A DNA stretch of 64,000 nt from Flavobacteriales bacterium (GTDB lineage Bacteria; Bacteroidota; Bacteroidia; Flavobacteriales_F; PHOS-HE28): NCBI GenBank assembly GCA_013360395.1, contig JABWBQ010000012.1:2191-66190 (forward strand). The letters run 5' to 3'. Positions 1 through 9,541 of this stretch are shown here, one piece after another (the first letter of the stretch is position 1; each line of letters starts with the position of its first letter). The translations under genes and the position numbers were made by a program. Under the pieces are notes generated by a model. That model saw nothing but the letters and a program-made list of their open reading frames with translations, did no database searches and had not been told where the DNA came from.

Positions 1-102
1 CTGTTCCGCAGCTGCGACACCCGCCACGCCCGCCGCCTCATGTTCGCCAGTTTCATCTACCTCCCCGTGGTGCAGCTGGCATACGTGCTGGACCGCCCAT
101 GA
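1..102 (+). CDS. cyoE: 3' end of heme o synthase (protoheme IX farnesyltransferase, CyoE/CtaB), partial
   Basis: Frame 1 reads LFRSCDTRHARRLMFASFIYLPVVQLAYVLDRP*, resembling the C-terminus of Bacteroidota CyoE. Its stop overlaps the coxIII start (ATGA at 99-102) and the operon context fits. Confidence 0.75.
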   Translation: MFRSCDTRHARRLMFASFIYLPVVQLAYVLDRP

Positions 103-827
103 CCACCTTCGCCTATTCGCCCACCATCGAGGACCTGCCGCGCAAGTTCAGGGCCCGCCAGCTGCTCACCTGGTTCCTGATCATCGCCATCGTGATGTTC
201 TTCGCCGGGCTCACCAGCGCCTATGTGGTGAGCATGAGCGGCGGCTACTGGGTGGACATCCGCCTGCCGGACGCCTTCCTGGTCAGCACCGCCTGCATTG
301 CCGTGAGCAGCCTCTTCCTGCACATGGCCCTGCACCGCACCCGCCTGGGCCGCACGGCGGGCACGGCCCTGCTGATCGCCCTGGCCCTGGCCTTCGGCGT
401 CGGCTTCGCCATCAGCCAGGTGCAGGGCTGGGGGCAGCTGATCGGCAAGGGCAACTTCGTGGTGGGCAAGGTGCTCCAGAGCACCGGCACCTACGGCAAG
501 GATTGGAGCATCCGGTTCCAGGGCCAGGAGCTGGTGCTGGAGGACGGCAAGTTCTACCTGCCGGACGACACCGGGCGCAGCCACGCGCTGAACGCCGACC
601 TCCAGGAGCAGAAGAACACCGCCAGCTCGTACATCTACGCCCTCACCGCCGCCCATCTGGCCCACCTGGCCCTGGCCCTGGTGAGCCTGCTGGTGATGTT
701 CGTGCAGGCCGCCCGGGGCGCCTATTCCAAGGCCGACCATGCCGGGCTGTGGGCCGGGACCATGTTCTGGCACTTCCTGGGCTTCCTGTGGATCTACCTC
801 TTTTTGTTCTTGACCTTCGTTCATTAG
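99..827 (+). CDS. Cytochrome c oxidase subunit III (first paralog)
   Basis: Multi-TM protein with MFFAGLTSAY, H-L-x-H and FWHFLGFLWIYLFLFL motifs of COX III. Confidence 0.9.
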   Translation: MTTFAYSPTIEDLPRKFRARQLLTWFLIIAIVMFFAGLTSAYVVSMSGGYWVDIRLPDAFLVSTACIAVSSLFLHMALHRTRLGRTAGTALLIALALAFGVGFAISQVQGWGQLIGKGNFVVGKVLQSTGTYGKDWSIRFQGQELVLEDGKFYLPDDTGRSHALNADLQEQKNTASSYIYALTAAHLAHLALALVSLLVMFVQAARGAYSKADHAGLWAGTMFWHFLGFLWIYLFLFLTFVH

Positions 828-852
828 GTTTGCGGCCGGACAATCCGAACCC

Positions 853-1722
853 ATGGCAGGAGAAGCGACCAAGGCCTTGAGCAACGACGTCCTTTGGGGC
901 GGCGGGCGCTCCCCGTTCAGCATCAGCTACGGGAAGATGATGATGTGGTTCTTCCTGGTGTCCGATGCGCTCACCTTCTCGGGCCTGCTGGTGTCCTACG
1001 GCTTCGCCCGGCACAGCACCACCGAGGCCTGGCCCATCGGCGAGGAGGTCTTCCGCGCCCTGCCCTTCCTGCACGGCAGCTATCCGTTGGTCTATGTGGC
1101 CCTGATGACGGCCATCCTGATCTTCAGTTCGGTCACCATGGTGCTGTCCGTGGAGGCCGGCCACCGGATGGACAAGAAGGGCGTCATCAAGTGGCTCTTC
1201 CTCACGGTGATCGGCGGCGCCTTCTTCGTGGGCAGCCAGGCGTGGGAGTGGAGCCACTTCATCCACGGCGGTGGCGGCTACATCACCACGCCCGACGGCG
1301 GCAAATACTGGGTGCACAACGACACCCACGACACCCACGACCCGGCCAACGCACCCGGTTTCCACCTGGTGAAGGCGCGCCCGGGCCACTACCTGCTGCC
1401 CGCCGAGGGTGAGCACGCCCATGTGGAAGGCGCCCAGGCGAAGGCGCTGTGGGCTTCGCGCGTGGCGTACATCGACGGGGCCAACATGACCCGCAACGAG
1501 TACGGTCCGCCGCAGTACGCCAACTTCTTCTTCTTCATCACCGGCTTCCACGGCTTCCACGTGTTCAGCGGGGTGGTCATCAACCTCATCGTGCTGCTGA
1601 TGGTGATCCGCGGCGTGTTCCACCGCCGTGGCCACTACGAGATGGTCGAGAAGGCGGGCCTGTACTGGCACTTCGTGGACCTGGTGTGGGTGTTCGTCTT
1701 CACCTTCTTCTACCTGCTCTGA
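853..1722 (+). CDS. Cytochrome c oxidase subunit III (second paralog)
   Basis: YGKMMMWFFLVSDALTF, TGFHGFHV and GLYWHFVDLVWVFVFTFFYL motifs. Confidence 0.93.
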   Translation: MAGEATKALSNDVLWGGGRSPFSISYGKMMMWFFLVSDALTFSGLLVSYGFARHSTTEAWPIGEEVFRALPFLHGSYPLVYVALMTAILIFSSVTMVLSVEAGHRMDKKGVIKWLFLTVIGGAFFVGSQAWEWSHFIHGGGGYITTPDGGKYWVHNDTHDTHDPANAPGFHLVKARPGHYLLPAEGEHAHVEGAQAKALWASRVAYIDGANMTRNEYGPPQYANFFFFITGFHGFHVFSGVVINLIVLLMVIRGVFHRRGHYEMVEKAGLYWHFVDLVWVFVFTFFYLL

Positions 1723-1764
1723 TCCATCCCTCCAAACGCTTCGCCGGGGCTTCGGCGCATCGAC

Positions 1765-2133
1765 ATGGAACGCGACGACATCATCGAATACAGCCTGGAC
1801 GCCCACCACGGTGAGGAGGAGGGCCGCAGGATCCGCCGCAAGATCTGGATGGTGACCCTGCTGCTGGCCGTGGTCACCACGGTGGAAGTGGCCCTGGGCG
1901 CCTACTGGAAGGAGTGGATGCCCGGCAGCTGGCACCTGGTGAAGTGGACCTTCGTGGTGCTCACCATCGTCAAGGCCACCTACATCGTGATGACCTTCAT
2001 GCACCTGGGCGACGAGCGCCGGAACATCCGGGCGATCATCCTGCTGCCCTACGCGCTCTTCCTGCTCTACCTGGTCTTCATCGCCATCTGGGAGTCGAAC
2101 TACATCCACCGCGTGTGGACCGAGTTCCTCTGA
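1765..2133 (+). CDS. Cytochrome c oxidase subunit IV family protein
   Basis: Three TM helices, LTIVKATYIVMTFMHLGDE motif, position in cox operon. Confidence 0.88.
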   Translation: MERDDIIEYSLDAHHGEEEGRRIRRKIWMVTLLLAVVTTVEVALGAYWKEWMPGSWHLVKWTFVVLTIVKATYIVMTFMHLGDERRNIRAIILLPYALFLLYLVFIAIWESNYIHRVWTEFL

Positions 2134-2240
2134 TCCTGCCGTGACGGCCCCGCTCTCTTTCCGGCGCATCACCATCCCCGCGGCCGGCCTCCGGGCCCTT
2201 CCGGTCCGGTCGTTCGTTGGCGCCCTAGCAGGGTTCCGCC

Positions 2241-2963
2241 ATGGCTGAACCCGGGGTCATGCGCCCGGCGCCCCGCTGGAAGCAACGCGCCATCCTCGGC
2301 GGCATCCTGCTGTTCATCGTCGCGCTCTTCCTGTTCTTCTCGCCCGTGCTCGGGCTGGTGAAGCACCGATTCGTCTTCCCGCCCTACTACGGCCCCAAGG
2401 AAGTGAACGCACCCGGCGACACCACCTACTTCACCGTGCCCCCCTTCGCCTTCACCGACCAGTTCGGCCGCCCCTTCAGCGACCGCGATGTGGAAGGCCG
2501 CATCCTGGTGGTGGACTTCTTCTTCACGCGCTGCACCACCATCTGCCCGCGCATGACCCGCCAGATGCAGCAGCTGCAACTGAAGCTGGATGATGAGGCC
2601 TTCCGCGACGTGGTGTTCCTGAGCCACACGGTGGACCCGGAGAACGACACGGCCGAGGTGCTCAACGCCTATGCGCGGCGCCACCAGGCCGATACCGCCC
2701 GCTGGAAGTTCCTCACCGGGCGCAAGGAGGATCTCTATCTGCTGGGGAGCGAGGGTTACTTCCTGGCCGCACGCGAGGATGTGATGGCCCCCGACGGCTT
2801 CCTGCATTCGGAGATGTTCGTGCTGGTGGACAAGGACCGGCACATCCGCGGTTATTACGACGGCACCCGGTTCGCCGAGGTGGACCGCCTGGCGGGCGAC
2901 ATCAAGATGCTGCTGAAGGAGGAGAAGCTGCGCAAGCGCGAGGCCGCCCGGCCGGCGTCGTGA
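2241..2963 (+). CDS. SCO family copper chaperone
   Basis: FFTRCTTICP (CxxxC), SHTVDPENDT, and H-S-x-x-FVLVD...IRGYYDG; N-terminal membrane anchor. Confidence 0.93.
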   Translation: MAEPGVMRPAPRWKQRAILGGILLFIVALFLFFSPVLGLVKHRFVFPPYYGPKEVNAPGDTTYFTVPPFAFTDQFGRPFSDRDVEGRILVVDFFFTRCTTICPRMTRQMQQLQLKLDDEAFRDVVFLSHTVDPENDTAEVLNAYARRHQADTARWKFLTGRKEDLYLLGSEGYFLAAREDVMAPDGFLHSEMFVLVDKDRHIRGYYDGTRFAEVDRLAGDIKMLLKEEKLRKREAARPAS

Positions 2964-2991
2964 GCTCCGCCGCCCGCTAGGTCCGCCCCGC

Positions 2992-3549
2992 ATGCCCCCC
3001 CGCGAAGCCCATCCCCCCCGCAGCCTCCGCCTGGAGGAACGCCCCGCCCGGCGCCTCATCTGGACCTTCTCGGCCATCGTGCTCACCGCTGTGGTGGTGC
3101 TGGACCGCGTGCAGGTGCCGGCCCCCGCGGGCCTGGATGCGCACGTGTTCGCCCGCATCAACGCGGTGCTCAACAGCCTGGTGAGCGTGCTTCTGCTCAC
3201 GGGCCTCTTCGCGGCCAGGGCCGGCCGCTGGGCCGTGCACCGCGCAGCGATGTTGGGGGCCATGGGGCTCAGCATCCTCTTCCTGGGGAGCTACATCCTC
3301 CACCACCTCTTCGCCGGCAGCACACCCTACGGAGGCACCGGCGCCGTGAAGGTGCTGTACTACGTGATCCTCTTCAGCCACATCGTGCTGGCCGGCCTCA
3401 GCCTGCCCTTCATCCTGTTCACGGCCTACCGCGCGCTGTCGGCGCAGTACCCGGAGCACCGCCGCCTGGCCAAACGGGTGTGGCCCGTGTGGTTCTATGT
3501 GAGTGTCACCGGCGTGGTGGTGTACCTGATGATCAGCCCGTATTACTGA
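2992..3549 (+). CDS. DUF420 membrane protein
   Basis: NAVLNS, HRAAM, FLGSY, SHIVLA and HRRLAK..WPVWFYVSVTGVVVYLM motifs; cox operon context. Confidence 0.9.
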   Translation: MPPREAHPPRSLRLEERPARRLIWTFSAIVLTAVVVLDRVQVPAPAGLDAHVFARINAVLNSLVSVLLLTGLFAARAGRWAVHRAAMLGAMGLSILFLGSYILHHLFAGSTPYGGTGAVKVLYYVILFSHIVLAGLSLPFILFTAYRALSAQYPEHRRLAKRVWPVWFYVSVTGVVVYLMISPYY

Positions 3550-3566
3550 GGGGGGGTGTCGGATCG

Positions 3567-5189
3567 CTACGGCGACACCACCACCCGCTCGTGGAAGACC
3601 CCGTCGGGCCCGGTGAGCTTCAGAAGGTAAACGCCCTGCCCGAAACGCCCCAGGTCGATGTCCTCGCTGGTGGCGCCGCTGGGCAGCGGACGCTGGAAGA
3701 GGAGCCGGCCCCGGCCATCGTATACGCTGTAGAAGCTGTCCGCGCGGAGCGGGTCGGTGAACTTGATGGTCACCTGACCTTGGCTGGGATTCGGCGAAAC
3801 GCTTTGATGCGGGCTCCTGCGGGCACTAGGGACAAGTGCATTGGTGAAGTCACACGCATCGTATTGTGCTATCGGGTTGAAGCTCGTATCCCTCAGGGAG
3901 ATGCTGAAACGGATGCCCCCATCAACGGCGCTCAGCATGAAGCTGCTGTCTGACGGGAAGAGCGAATGGACCTCCACGGTATGGATCCGCTCGGAACAGG
4001 GTAGTTGCCCGAGCGCATTCGCCTTGAAGATATAGGGTGAACCCAGCCATCCCTGCGGCATGTTGCCGCGGACGACCCCGTTGAACATGTATCCACCGTC
4101 ATAAGTTGCCAGCAGATCAATCGTTCTATATCTGTAACCGGCCTCCCCCGCACTGTTCGTCCACAACGTATCGCCGTTCGAGTCGGTCTTCATCAAATAG
4201 GGTCGGTATGCCATACTGAAGCCGGGGCTGCTCAGCGTGGCCAGGACCACGAAACCGCCATCCTGGCTTTCGACAAGCCGGGAAGAACTCAATGCCCACC
4301 ACAAGTGGGGGGCACTGTCATAGCCTTTGCACCACAAGACGTCCCCATCACCATCCAGATTCAGCATGAAGAGCTGCGGATGATATCCACTTGGGATGGG
4401 TTCAAACGGGTTCGTACTGGACAGACTATCCGTATAACCGGTAACTACGAAGTTCGTATCTGATAAAATTATGGCGTCATGGATCATACCCTTTGGTCGG
4501 AAATAGCTCTTGCACCAGAGGAGTTCGCCTTGTGCGTTCATGCGGGCCATCACCGCGCCCGCACTGTCCACGTTCATCCCTGCCAGCAGATCCCCGGAAG
4601 GCAGTTCCTTGATGAACTGAAAACTCCCGTGGGCACCGTAGTGCTTGCCCCAGACCACCTCGCCGAACGGATCGGTGCGCATGGCATAGAAGCTCCACTG
4701 GATACCTTCGCCACCACTGCCCCAGATGATCACATCACCGTTCTGTGCGACCTCAAGGTCCGCAACCCTCGACCAGCATCTATCTGTGTTCGGCTGGTAG
4801 CAGTTGACCGATGAGATCGTTCCAAGGGAATCCATCCTGCCGATCAGAGCGTACGTGTACGGTACGGTGAATGTGCCATTCACGGTGCACGAATCACGCT
4901 GGTATCCGGTAACAAAATAGTAATCGTTCACCCCTGCGGGCCGTATCGAAGCTTGCACCAGGATCGAGTCGCTCCAATAGTGATCCGTATAGATGATACT
5001 CCCGTCAGGGGCCAGCAGCGAGATGCCAGGGCCCCATCCCATCCCCACGAAGACATTCCCGCTGGGCAGCTCATGCATGTTCATCCTGTCGGCGGCACCT
5101 GAGAGGTAGACGCGCTGGAAGGTGGATTGGCCATGGAGGCAGGCACTACACCCAAGCAATGAGGACAAGAGAATGGCTGTCCGGTGCAT
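3567..5189 (-). CDS. T9SS type A sorting domain protein (probable beta-propeller)
   Basis: Signal peptide ending ..HGQ; repeated D-x-x-G-x-x-x-W-x-K-x-Y blades; C-terminal VSPNPSQG...YDGRGR...GVYLLKL...ERVVV type A CTD. Confidence 0.85.
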   Translation of the reverse strand: MHRTAILLSSLLGCSACLHGQSTFQRVYLSGAADRMNMHELPSGNVFVGMGWGPGISLLAPDGSIIYTDHYWSDSILVQASIRPAGVNDYYFVTGYQRDSCTVNGTFTVPYTYALIGRMDSLGTISSVNCYQPNTDRCWSRVADLEVAQNGDVIIWGSGGEGIQWSFYAMRTDPFGEVVWGKHYGAHGSFQFIKELPSGDLLAGMNVDSAGAVMARMNAQGELLWCKSYFRPKGMIHDAIILSDTNFVVTGYTDSLSSTNPFEPIPSGYHPQLFMLNLDGDGDVLWCKGYDSAPHLWWALSSSRLVESQDGGFVVLATLSSPGFSMAYRPYLMKTDSNGDTLWTNSAGEAGYRYRTIDLLATYDGGYMFNGVVRGNMPQGWLGSPYIFKANALGQLPCSERIHTVEVHSLFPSDSSFMLSAVDGGIRFSISLRDTSFNPIAQYDACDFTNALVPSARRSPHQSVSPNPSQGQVTIKFTDPLRADSFYSVYDGRGRLLFQRPLPSGATSEDIDLGRFGQGVYLLKLTGPDGVFHERVVVSP

Positions 5190-5192
5190 CTG

Positions 5193-7577
5193 TCAGTTGA
5201 TGATCAGTTTTTTCACTCCCTGGCCAAAGCCGGAACGGACCTCAACCAGATACAGACCTGGTTCCATGTCTGAAAGATCCATTCGACAGGCCGAACCTCC
5301 AGATCCAGATCTCGCTCGGATCATCCGACCGGTTTGATCGTAGAGGGTGATCGATGCGATCACATCATCATCACGAACGGCAATGGTCGCCCTATCTTGT
5401 GAAGGGTTGGGATATATACTGAACTCATAGCTTCCATTCCAATCAGTAATGGATTCGACATCATTTTTTACCGAAAATGGAGCAATTACAAATGCATAGT
5501 CCGAATGCAGCGTGTCCAGCCAATTATTTGAAATGGCGTTGAAGTCGCCGGGTTGGAACTGGAGCGGAACAAAACCTCCTGAACCCGACACTTGATAGTC
5601 TGTTGGACAGACCGTCGTGTTCATCCGGGTCGGGAACCAGCTCACATAGTAGTCGCCAGCGCTCTGGAAACCGGGTAGGTTAATGATTGGATTCACGTTG
5701 GTCGGAACAGTACATCCAAGGACGTTCTTTTCCGTGGCATCCACCCAATAATTGTTGTGCCAGTACGCACGCATGTTGTGGACCCATCCGATAGCCACAT
5801 CATTCGTCGAGTTCATTACGTAGTAACACTCGTAATCCGGGCTCCACGGATCAAGCACGAGCTGATGAGATGTATACTCCCCATCGAAGAGCCCCAAGGC
5901 TTGTATTTCCGGGTCGGTCAGGAGATCATGCAGTGGCTTGAAGTGATGGTACAGGGTTCGATTGCGTATTGGAAATCCATGTCCAAGTCCGACATCGATG
6001 TTATTGACCGCATTGAACACATTCGAAGGAGGTGTGATCTGATATGGATTGTTTGGATGGGGGGCACCCGGTAAACCGTCCTTCCACCAGAATACACGTT
6101 CCCAATGCCATGTGGTGCCCGTTGCGTAATTGCCAAAGAACGCTGATGCCCAGATCTCGTTATGGAAAGAGACATCATAGTTCAGGAAGACCTTCGAGGT
6201 TTCATACTCTTTGCCATTGCTTGGATCGTTGTCGGCATCGACCATGGCGTAGTAGTTGTGCTCGCCTCTGTTGAACGGCTTGTAGTGGCCGTTACTTGGA
6301 TTGGTGTTTCTGAAGAGCTGGCTCTCTTCCCAACTACTGGACAGTTCCAGTGCCGATTCGCCCATGCCACGATGCACGTCGATAAGGTCGATCCCGCTAT
6401 TGCCAAGAAGATCATAGTAGCCGACGGGCATTCCCAACATGCCAAAGCTGCAGGCCAGGAGTTTATCCGGTTCGCCAAGCGGAGAGTCCGCTGGTTGAGC
6501 AGGTACAGCAGGACCACGGATGTAATCGGATAGTGCGGTGAACCACTGATCGATGATCCCTGGTAGCTGAGGCTGTGCGGCCCAGACCACTTGATTCTCC
6601 GGACAGACATCACACTGACCACCGCTGCTCATATCATGTACTCGGAATCCAAGCATGTGGTCAAGCTCGTTGAAGGGTTCGATCGCAGCGATATTCACCG
6701 ACCATCCCCAACGAGCCATCAAGTATTTGTATTTACGTTTCCAGTAGTAGAGCGCACCTGAATTCAAATTGCTCGCATCGCCATCCTCGAAGAAGAGTTC
6801 TCGAACGTCATATGGTCTTCCGGTCGCGTTCGCCTCGGCGAAGTGCCGCACATAAGGATGCGCCCCCCAAAGGAAGGTCTCATAGGCCGCACCCGTTACG
6901 TAGGGATCAACGCATAGCTGCAAGTAAATGTCATGGTCACGAGCATGTTCCAAGAGAATGTCAAAGCCCTTAGCCTGTGCCTGACAGCTGCCCTCGTGAC
7001 CTGTAGCATCAAATACGCTGCAATTCGCAGGAAAGCCCTGGTCACATATCGGAGGTACCTTGTAGGCATCGTATACACCAGCATTCACCCATTCTGGTGC
7101 GAACAGATAGGGCAACAAAAACATACGCATGAAATTTCCGCCTACCCCGGCAAGTCGTTCCATGGAAACGGTCATCTGATCAAGATCCTGTCTGTAGAAC
7201 TGACGCCACCAATCAGATGGTACACCTTGCATGTACCAGTGTCGTGTATCCGCCATGTTCACCCCCATCCCGAAGAACGGCGTACCGTCCTGGAACCGAA
7301 GGATCCGACGATTGACCGGATGCACTTCCAGGTAACCGTGGTTATCGGGCAAGGGGGCGGTGCATTCCAAGCTGTAGTCAGCGTAGTGGAGGTCTGGCAG
7401 CGGATCGTTGGTGCCGGTGGTGGTGTGGGGCGCACGGACCGTGATGGTAAACTGCCAAGGACCCTCCTCATCAGGTGCGAAGCGGAAGCGTACGTTGTAG
7501 GGGTCGAGCGGCCCGCCCGTGCTCTCTGCCAACACAGCGATGGGGTCGATAGGGTCGCTCCATTGCGCCTCCTTCAT
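5193..7577 (-). CDS. C-terminal fragment of a T9SS-secreted clan GH-A (GH5-like, DUF5060-type) protein
   Basis: GGNFMRMFL, ARWGWSVNIAAIEPFNE (acid/base-like) and KPFNRGEH (nucleophile-like) motifs; type A CTD IYPNPS...GLYLVEV...KKLIIN. No signal peptide of its own, and in frame with 7587-8177. Confidence 0.75.
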   Translation of the reverse strand: MKEAQWSDPIDPIAVLAESTGGPLDPYNVRFRFAPDEEGPWQFTITVRAPHTTTGTNDPLPDLHYADYSLECTAPLPDNHGYLEVHPVNRRILRFQDGTPFFGMGVNMADTRHWYMQGVPSDWWRQFYRQDLDQMTVSMERLAGVGGNFMRMFLLPYLFAPEWVNAGVYDAYKVPPICDQGFPANCSVFDATGHEGSCQAQAKGFDILLEHARDHDIYLQLCVDPYVTGAAYETFLWGAHPYVRHFAEANATGRPYDVRELFFEDGDASNLNSGALYYWKRKYKYLMARWGWSVNIAAIEPFNELDHMLGFRVHDMSSGGQCDVCPENQVVWAAQPQLPGIIDQWFTALSDYIRGPAVPAQPADSPLGEPDKLLACSFGMLGMPVGYYDLLGNSGIDLIDVHRGMGESALELSSSWEESQLFRNTNPSNGHYKPFNRGEHNYYAMVDADNDPSNGKEYETSKVFLNYDVSFHNEIWASAFFGNYATGTTWHWERVFWWKDGLPGAPHPNNPYQITPPSNVFNAVNNIDVGLGHGFPIRNRTLYHHFKPLHDLLTDPEIQALGLFDGEYTSHQLVLDPWSPDYECYYVMNSTNDVAIGWVHNMRAYWHNNYWVDATEKNVLGCTVPTNVNPIINLPGFQSAGDYYVSWFPTRMNTTVCPTDYQVSGSGGFVPLQFQPGDFNAISNNWLDTLHSDYAFVIAPFSVKNDVESITDWNGSYEFSIYPNPSQDRATIAVRDDDVIASITLYDQTGRMIRARSGSGGSACRMDLSDMEPGLYLVEVRSGFGQGVKKLIIN

Positions 7578-7586
7578 GTAGAAACC

Positions 7587-8177
7587 CTATTTCAACTTCT
7601 GCACCCCGGAAGGGCTGGTGAGGTGCAGTAGCAGGAGCAATGAGTCGTCGGCATAGGGGTTGAGGTCGTGCGCCCGGTCGAGCAGGTTGGGCGTCACTGG
7701 GTTCTCGGGGCTGTTGCTGTAGTACCGAGCATAGAAGCTGGCGATCGCATCCCGGTATACCTGCGGCAGCCCGAGGCCGAGTTCGACCTTCTCCCATTTT
7801 GGCACATGCAGCACACCGCCGGTGACATGGGTGGCCGGATCCGGGGCGATGAGGACGAGGTCGCCCGCCGGTCCAACAGCCTCGTCGATGGTGGCCCGGA
7901 ACCGCCCCTGTCCATTGAAGGTGCCCGCGTGGAAGCCGTCCATCAGTCTGACCTGGGTGGCCGAAACGAGCTCGGCATCGGCCGTACCGGCGATGGTCAC
8001 CGGCGCGCTGGGGTCGCCGGGGGCGCGCAGCGCTTGGGCCACGGCCACGTGGTGCGCTCCCGAATTCCAGGTCACATTCTGCACCACATGGTCCGGGAAG
8101 GGTGTCTGCGCCATGGTGGGGAGCACGGCCAAGGGGACCGCGCCGATCCAGAGAAAGGTACGCCGAGCGGGACGCAT
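7587..8177 (-). CDS. N-terminal fragment (signal peptide plus small beta domain) of the same gene as 5193-7577, ended by an in-frame TAG
   Basis: Signal peptide MRPARRTFLWIGAVPLAVLPTMAQ. The minus strand reads AAA TAG GGT TTC TAC ATG AAG, so the frame continues through the stop. ATG at 8177 overlaps the upstream stop. Confidence 0.75.
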   Translation of the reverse strand: MRPARRTFLWIGAVPLAVLPTMAQTPFPDHVVQNVTWNSGAHHVAVAQALRAPGDPSAPVTIAGTADAELVSATQVRLMDGFHAGTFNGQGRFRATIDEAVGPAGDLVLIAPDPATHVTGGVLHVPKWEKVELGLGLPQVYRDAIASFYARYYSNSPENPVTPNLLDRAHDLNPYADDSLLLLLHLTSPSGVQKLK

Positions 8178-9541
8178 CACCTGGACGTGTCGAGGGTCCT
8201 CAACCGCTGCTCCACCCGGCCCAAGCGCTCTTCGAGCTGCAGGATGTACAGCGCCTGCTGCTCGATGGTCTCCAACAGGCGGCGCTGGATATCTCCCACT
8301 TCCGCGCCACCGCTGGCCTCCACCTCGGTCGCGGAGGGTATCCCTGGCAGGTGGTGGTGCTTATGTAGGAAGGCCCGCAGTTCGTTCAAAGGCATCAAGC
8401 GGTATCCGCTTTGGAACACATGGTCCGGCCAGGTCCCGTGCTTCACCAGCACGTCCCGTGTGGCGATACCGTCCTCCACGAACACGCGGTATTGGTCGAT
8501 GGGTCCGGGTGGTGGGACCGTTCCGATGCCCAATTTTCCATCCACGGTCAACACCATCCGCGACTCATCATCCGTGATGAAGGTGACCGGATTGGGGGTT
8601 CGGGTCCCGATCCTCGGTGTGACCTCTGGATCGCATTGTGGGTGCAGGAAAACATTCCCGTCGATCCGCCAATGTTGGTCAACCTGCGGATACGAGCCCA
8701 ACGTGAGGGCGCACGGTGTAGCAGGTATGGGAAGGGCCATGGGGAGTGATCCTGCTCGCAAGATCCCGTCGGTATCGCGGTAAAGCGGTCCTTCGCCCAG
8801 CCCGGGAATGTTGAGCTTCACCTCGCCGTTCGCCAGAAGACGGATCCGCTCAAGGCCATTGGTCCGGAGGACCATGTCCTTGTTGTCGCTCGTGCCGATG
8901 AACTGCGAGGCCGGGTCCGTGCCCGCATTCCCGCTCATGGTCCAGTCGTTGCGCTGCGGTTCGCGCAGGATCAGGGTGATGCCGGCCGCCTCGCATGCGT
9001 TGGCATCGCGCACCACCACGGTGTAGTCCCGTGCGCCCAGGCCGCTGCGATCCTCCACGGTGGAGCCGTCCCTCCATTCGTAACTGTACGGCGCCACACC
9101 ACCAATGGCCCCCGCATCGATGCTGCCGTTGTAGCACGAGTGGCAGCTCACGTTGAAGTCGTTCGGGTACTCGAAAGCCGTGGCTGTCCCCACCAAGAGC
9201 TCCGGCTCGCTCAGGGTGATCTCCCGTTCCACATAGCCCGTGTCACTGTCGTATACGGCCACGCGGTAGTACCCTGCGGCCACGCCGGAGATGTCCTGGG
9301 TATTGGCACCCGTGCTCCACTCGTAGGTGTAGGGCGGTGTGCCGCCGGAAACCGTGAGGTCGATGCTCCCATCCCTCCCGCCGAAGCAGGAGATCGCGAA
9401 GCCGTTGTGGTCACTGGGGTCGAGTTGTACGCTCAGGGCTTGGCCGCTGATCCCTCCAGGGATCGCGAAAAGAAGCGCGAGGATCAGCGGACTTCCACCT
9501 CCAATACCCCCCCCCCATTCGGTCCGCCGAACGCCGCGCAC
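8177..9541 (-). CDS. SprB-repeat protein with C-terminal tail-fibre/intramolecular-chaperone-like domain; true start uncertain (GTG 9541, or ATG 9560 out of frame)
   Basis: Two SprB repeats (ISCFGGRDGSIDLTVSGGTPPYTYEWS...; VSCHSCYNGSID...GGVAPYSYEW). C-terminal GKLGIGT...WPDHVF..Y.L.PL.EL..F...HHLPGIPSA.EV...LLETIEQQALYILQL coiled coil. Confidence 0.8.
   Translation of the reverse strand: MRGVRRTEWGGGIGGGSPLILALLFAIPGGISGQALSVQLDPSDHNGFAISCFGGRDGSIDLTVSGGTPPYTYEWSTGANTQDISGVAAGYYRVAVYDSDTGYVEREITLSEPELLVGTATAFEYPNDFNVSCHSCYNGSIDAGAIGGVAPYSYEWRDGSTVEDRSGLGARDYTVVVRDANACEAAGITLILREPQRNDWTMSGNAGTDPASQFIGTSDNKDMVLRTNGLERIRLLANGEVKLNIPGLGEGPLYRDTDGILRAGSLPMALPIPATPCALTLGSYPQVDQHWRIDGNVFLHPQCDPEVTPRIGTRTPNPVTFITDDESRMVLTVDGKLGIGTVPPPGPIDQYRVFVEDGIATRDVLVKHGTWPDHVFQSGYRLMPLNELRAFLHKHHHLPGIPSATEVEASGGAEVGDIQRRLLETIEQQALYILQLEERLGRVEQRLRTLDTSR

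Noticed and set aside
7587-7589. Pyrrolysine or TAG reassignment
   Set aside because: TAG is used as a normal stop elsewhere (e.g. 825-827, 12402-12404, 12978-12980) and no pyl genes are visible.
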